Assembly (NCBI GenBank): GCA_043228905.1
Contig: JBHGNT010000011.1
Coordinates: 3,286,001-3,350,000 of the forward strand
From: Azolla caroliniana
Taxonomy: Eukaryota > Plantae > Polypodiophyta
Length of the DNA: 64,000 bases
Direction: 5' to 3'
Under the pieces are notes generated by a model. The model ran no database searches, was not told where the DNA came from, and worked only from the letters and a program-made list of their open reading frames with translations. Position 1 is the stretch's first letter; every line of letters begins with the position of its first letter. This document shows positions 63,801 to 64,000 of this stretch, one piece after another. The translations under genes and the position numbers were made by a program.

Positions 63801-64000
63801 AGGTGTGCCAAATTTGGCTTCCGCTCAAAATACAGTTCGTGCGGCGACACCTTTGTCCCTGAGGCAGATATCCGAATTGCTTCGGCCCAATAAAACTTGG
63901 GCATGCTTTTCTCACCAAGCATCGCCCTTGCCACTTCTACCAGCATCCCGTTTCGACGCTCAGCCACACCGTTTTGCTCCGGCATGTATCTGCAAGAGAA
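60836..64000 (-). mobile_element. Element H: diverged Copia of the A/G family, running off the right edge
   Basis: 3' LTR about 60836-61244 with adjacent PPT; C-terminal extension, RNase H, RT and integrase fragments are collinear with A. Confidence 0.92.

Overview
Eukaryotic plant DNA, probably from a non-seed land plant such as a fern or lycophyte (inferred only from the TE lineages and intron size). The only intact host gene is the 5' part of a minus-strand serine carboxypeptidase-like (SCPL, peptidase S10) gene. Exon 1 is at 13071-13314 and exons 2-4 are at 317-785; they are separated by a 12.3-kb intron 1 holding a full-length Copia element, a hAT transposase relic and a probable LINE relic. 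From about 16 kb to the window end is one nest of LTR retrotransposons, up to four levels deep: Copia, chromodomain Gypsy and a non-chromovirus Gypsy, plus solo LTRs and a non-autonomous hAT. I resolved most boundaries by LTR, PBS, PPT and TSD. Most notable: (1) three different LTR families carry tRNA-like Pol III A-box/B-box modules at a fixed 43-44 nt spacing; (2) two chromovirus families show co-varying evidence of tRNA-independent self-priming, plus a G_UUA_AAC -1 frameshift site with a downstream hairpin in the copy where that region survives; (3) one Copia family has a conserved ~185-aa extension after RNase H lying between two PPT copies; (4) a relic of a duplicated SCPL intron lies at 58.6 kb; (5) there are telomere-repeat and templated fillers at repair junctions. 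All coordinates were counted by eye and no database searches were run.
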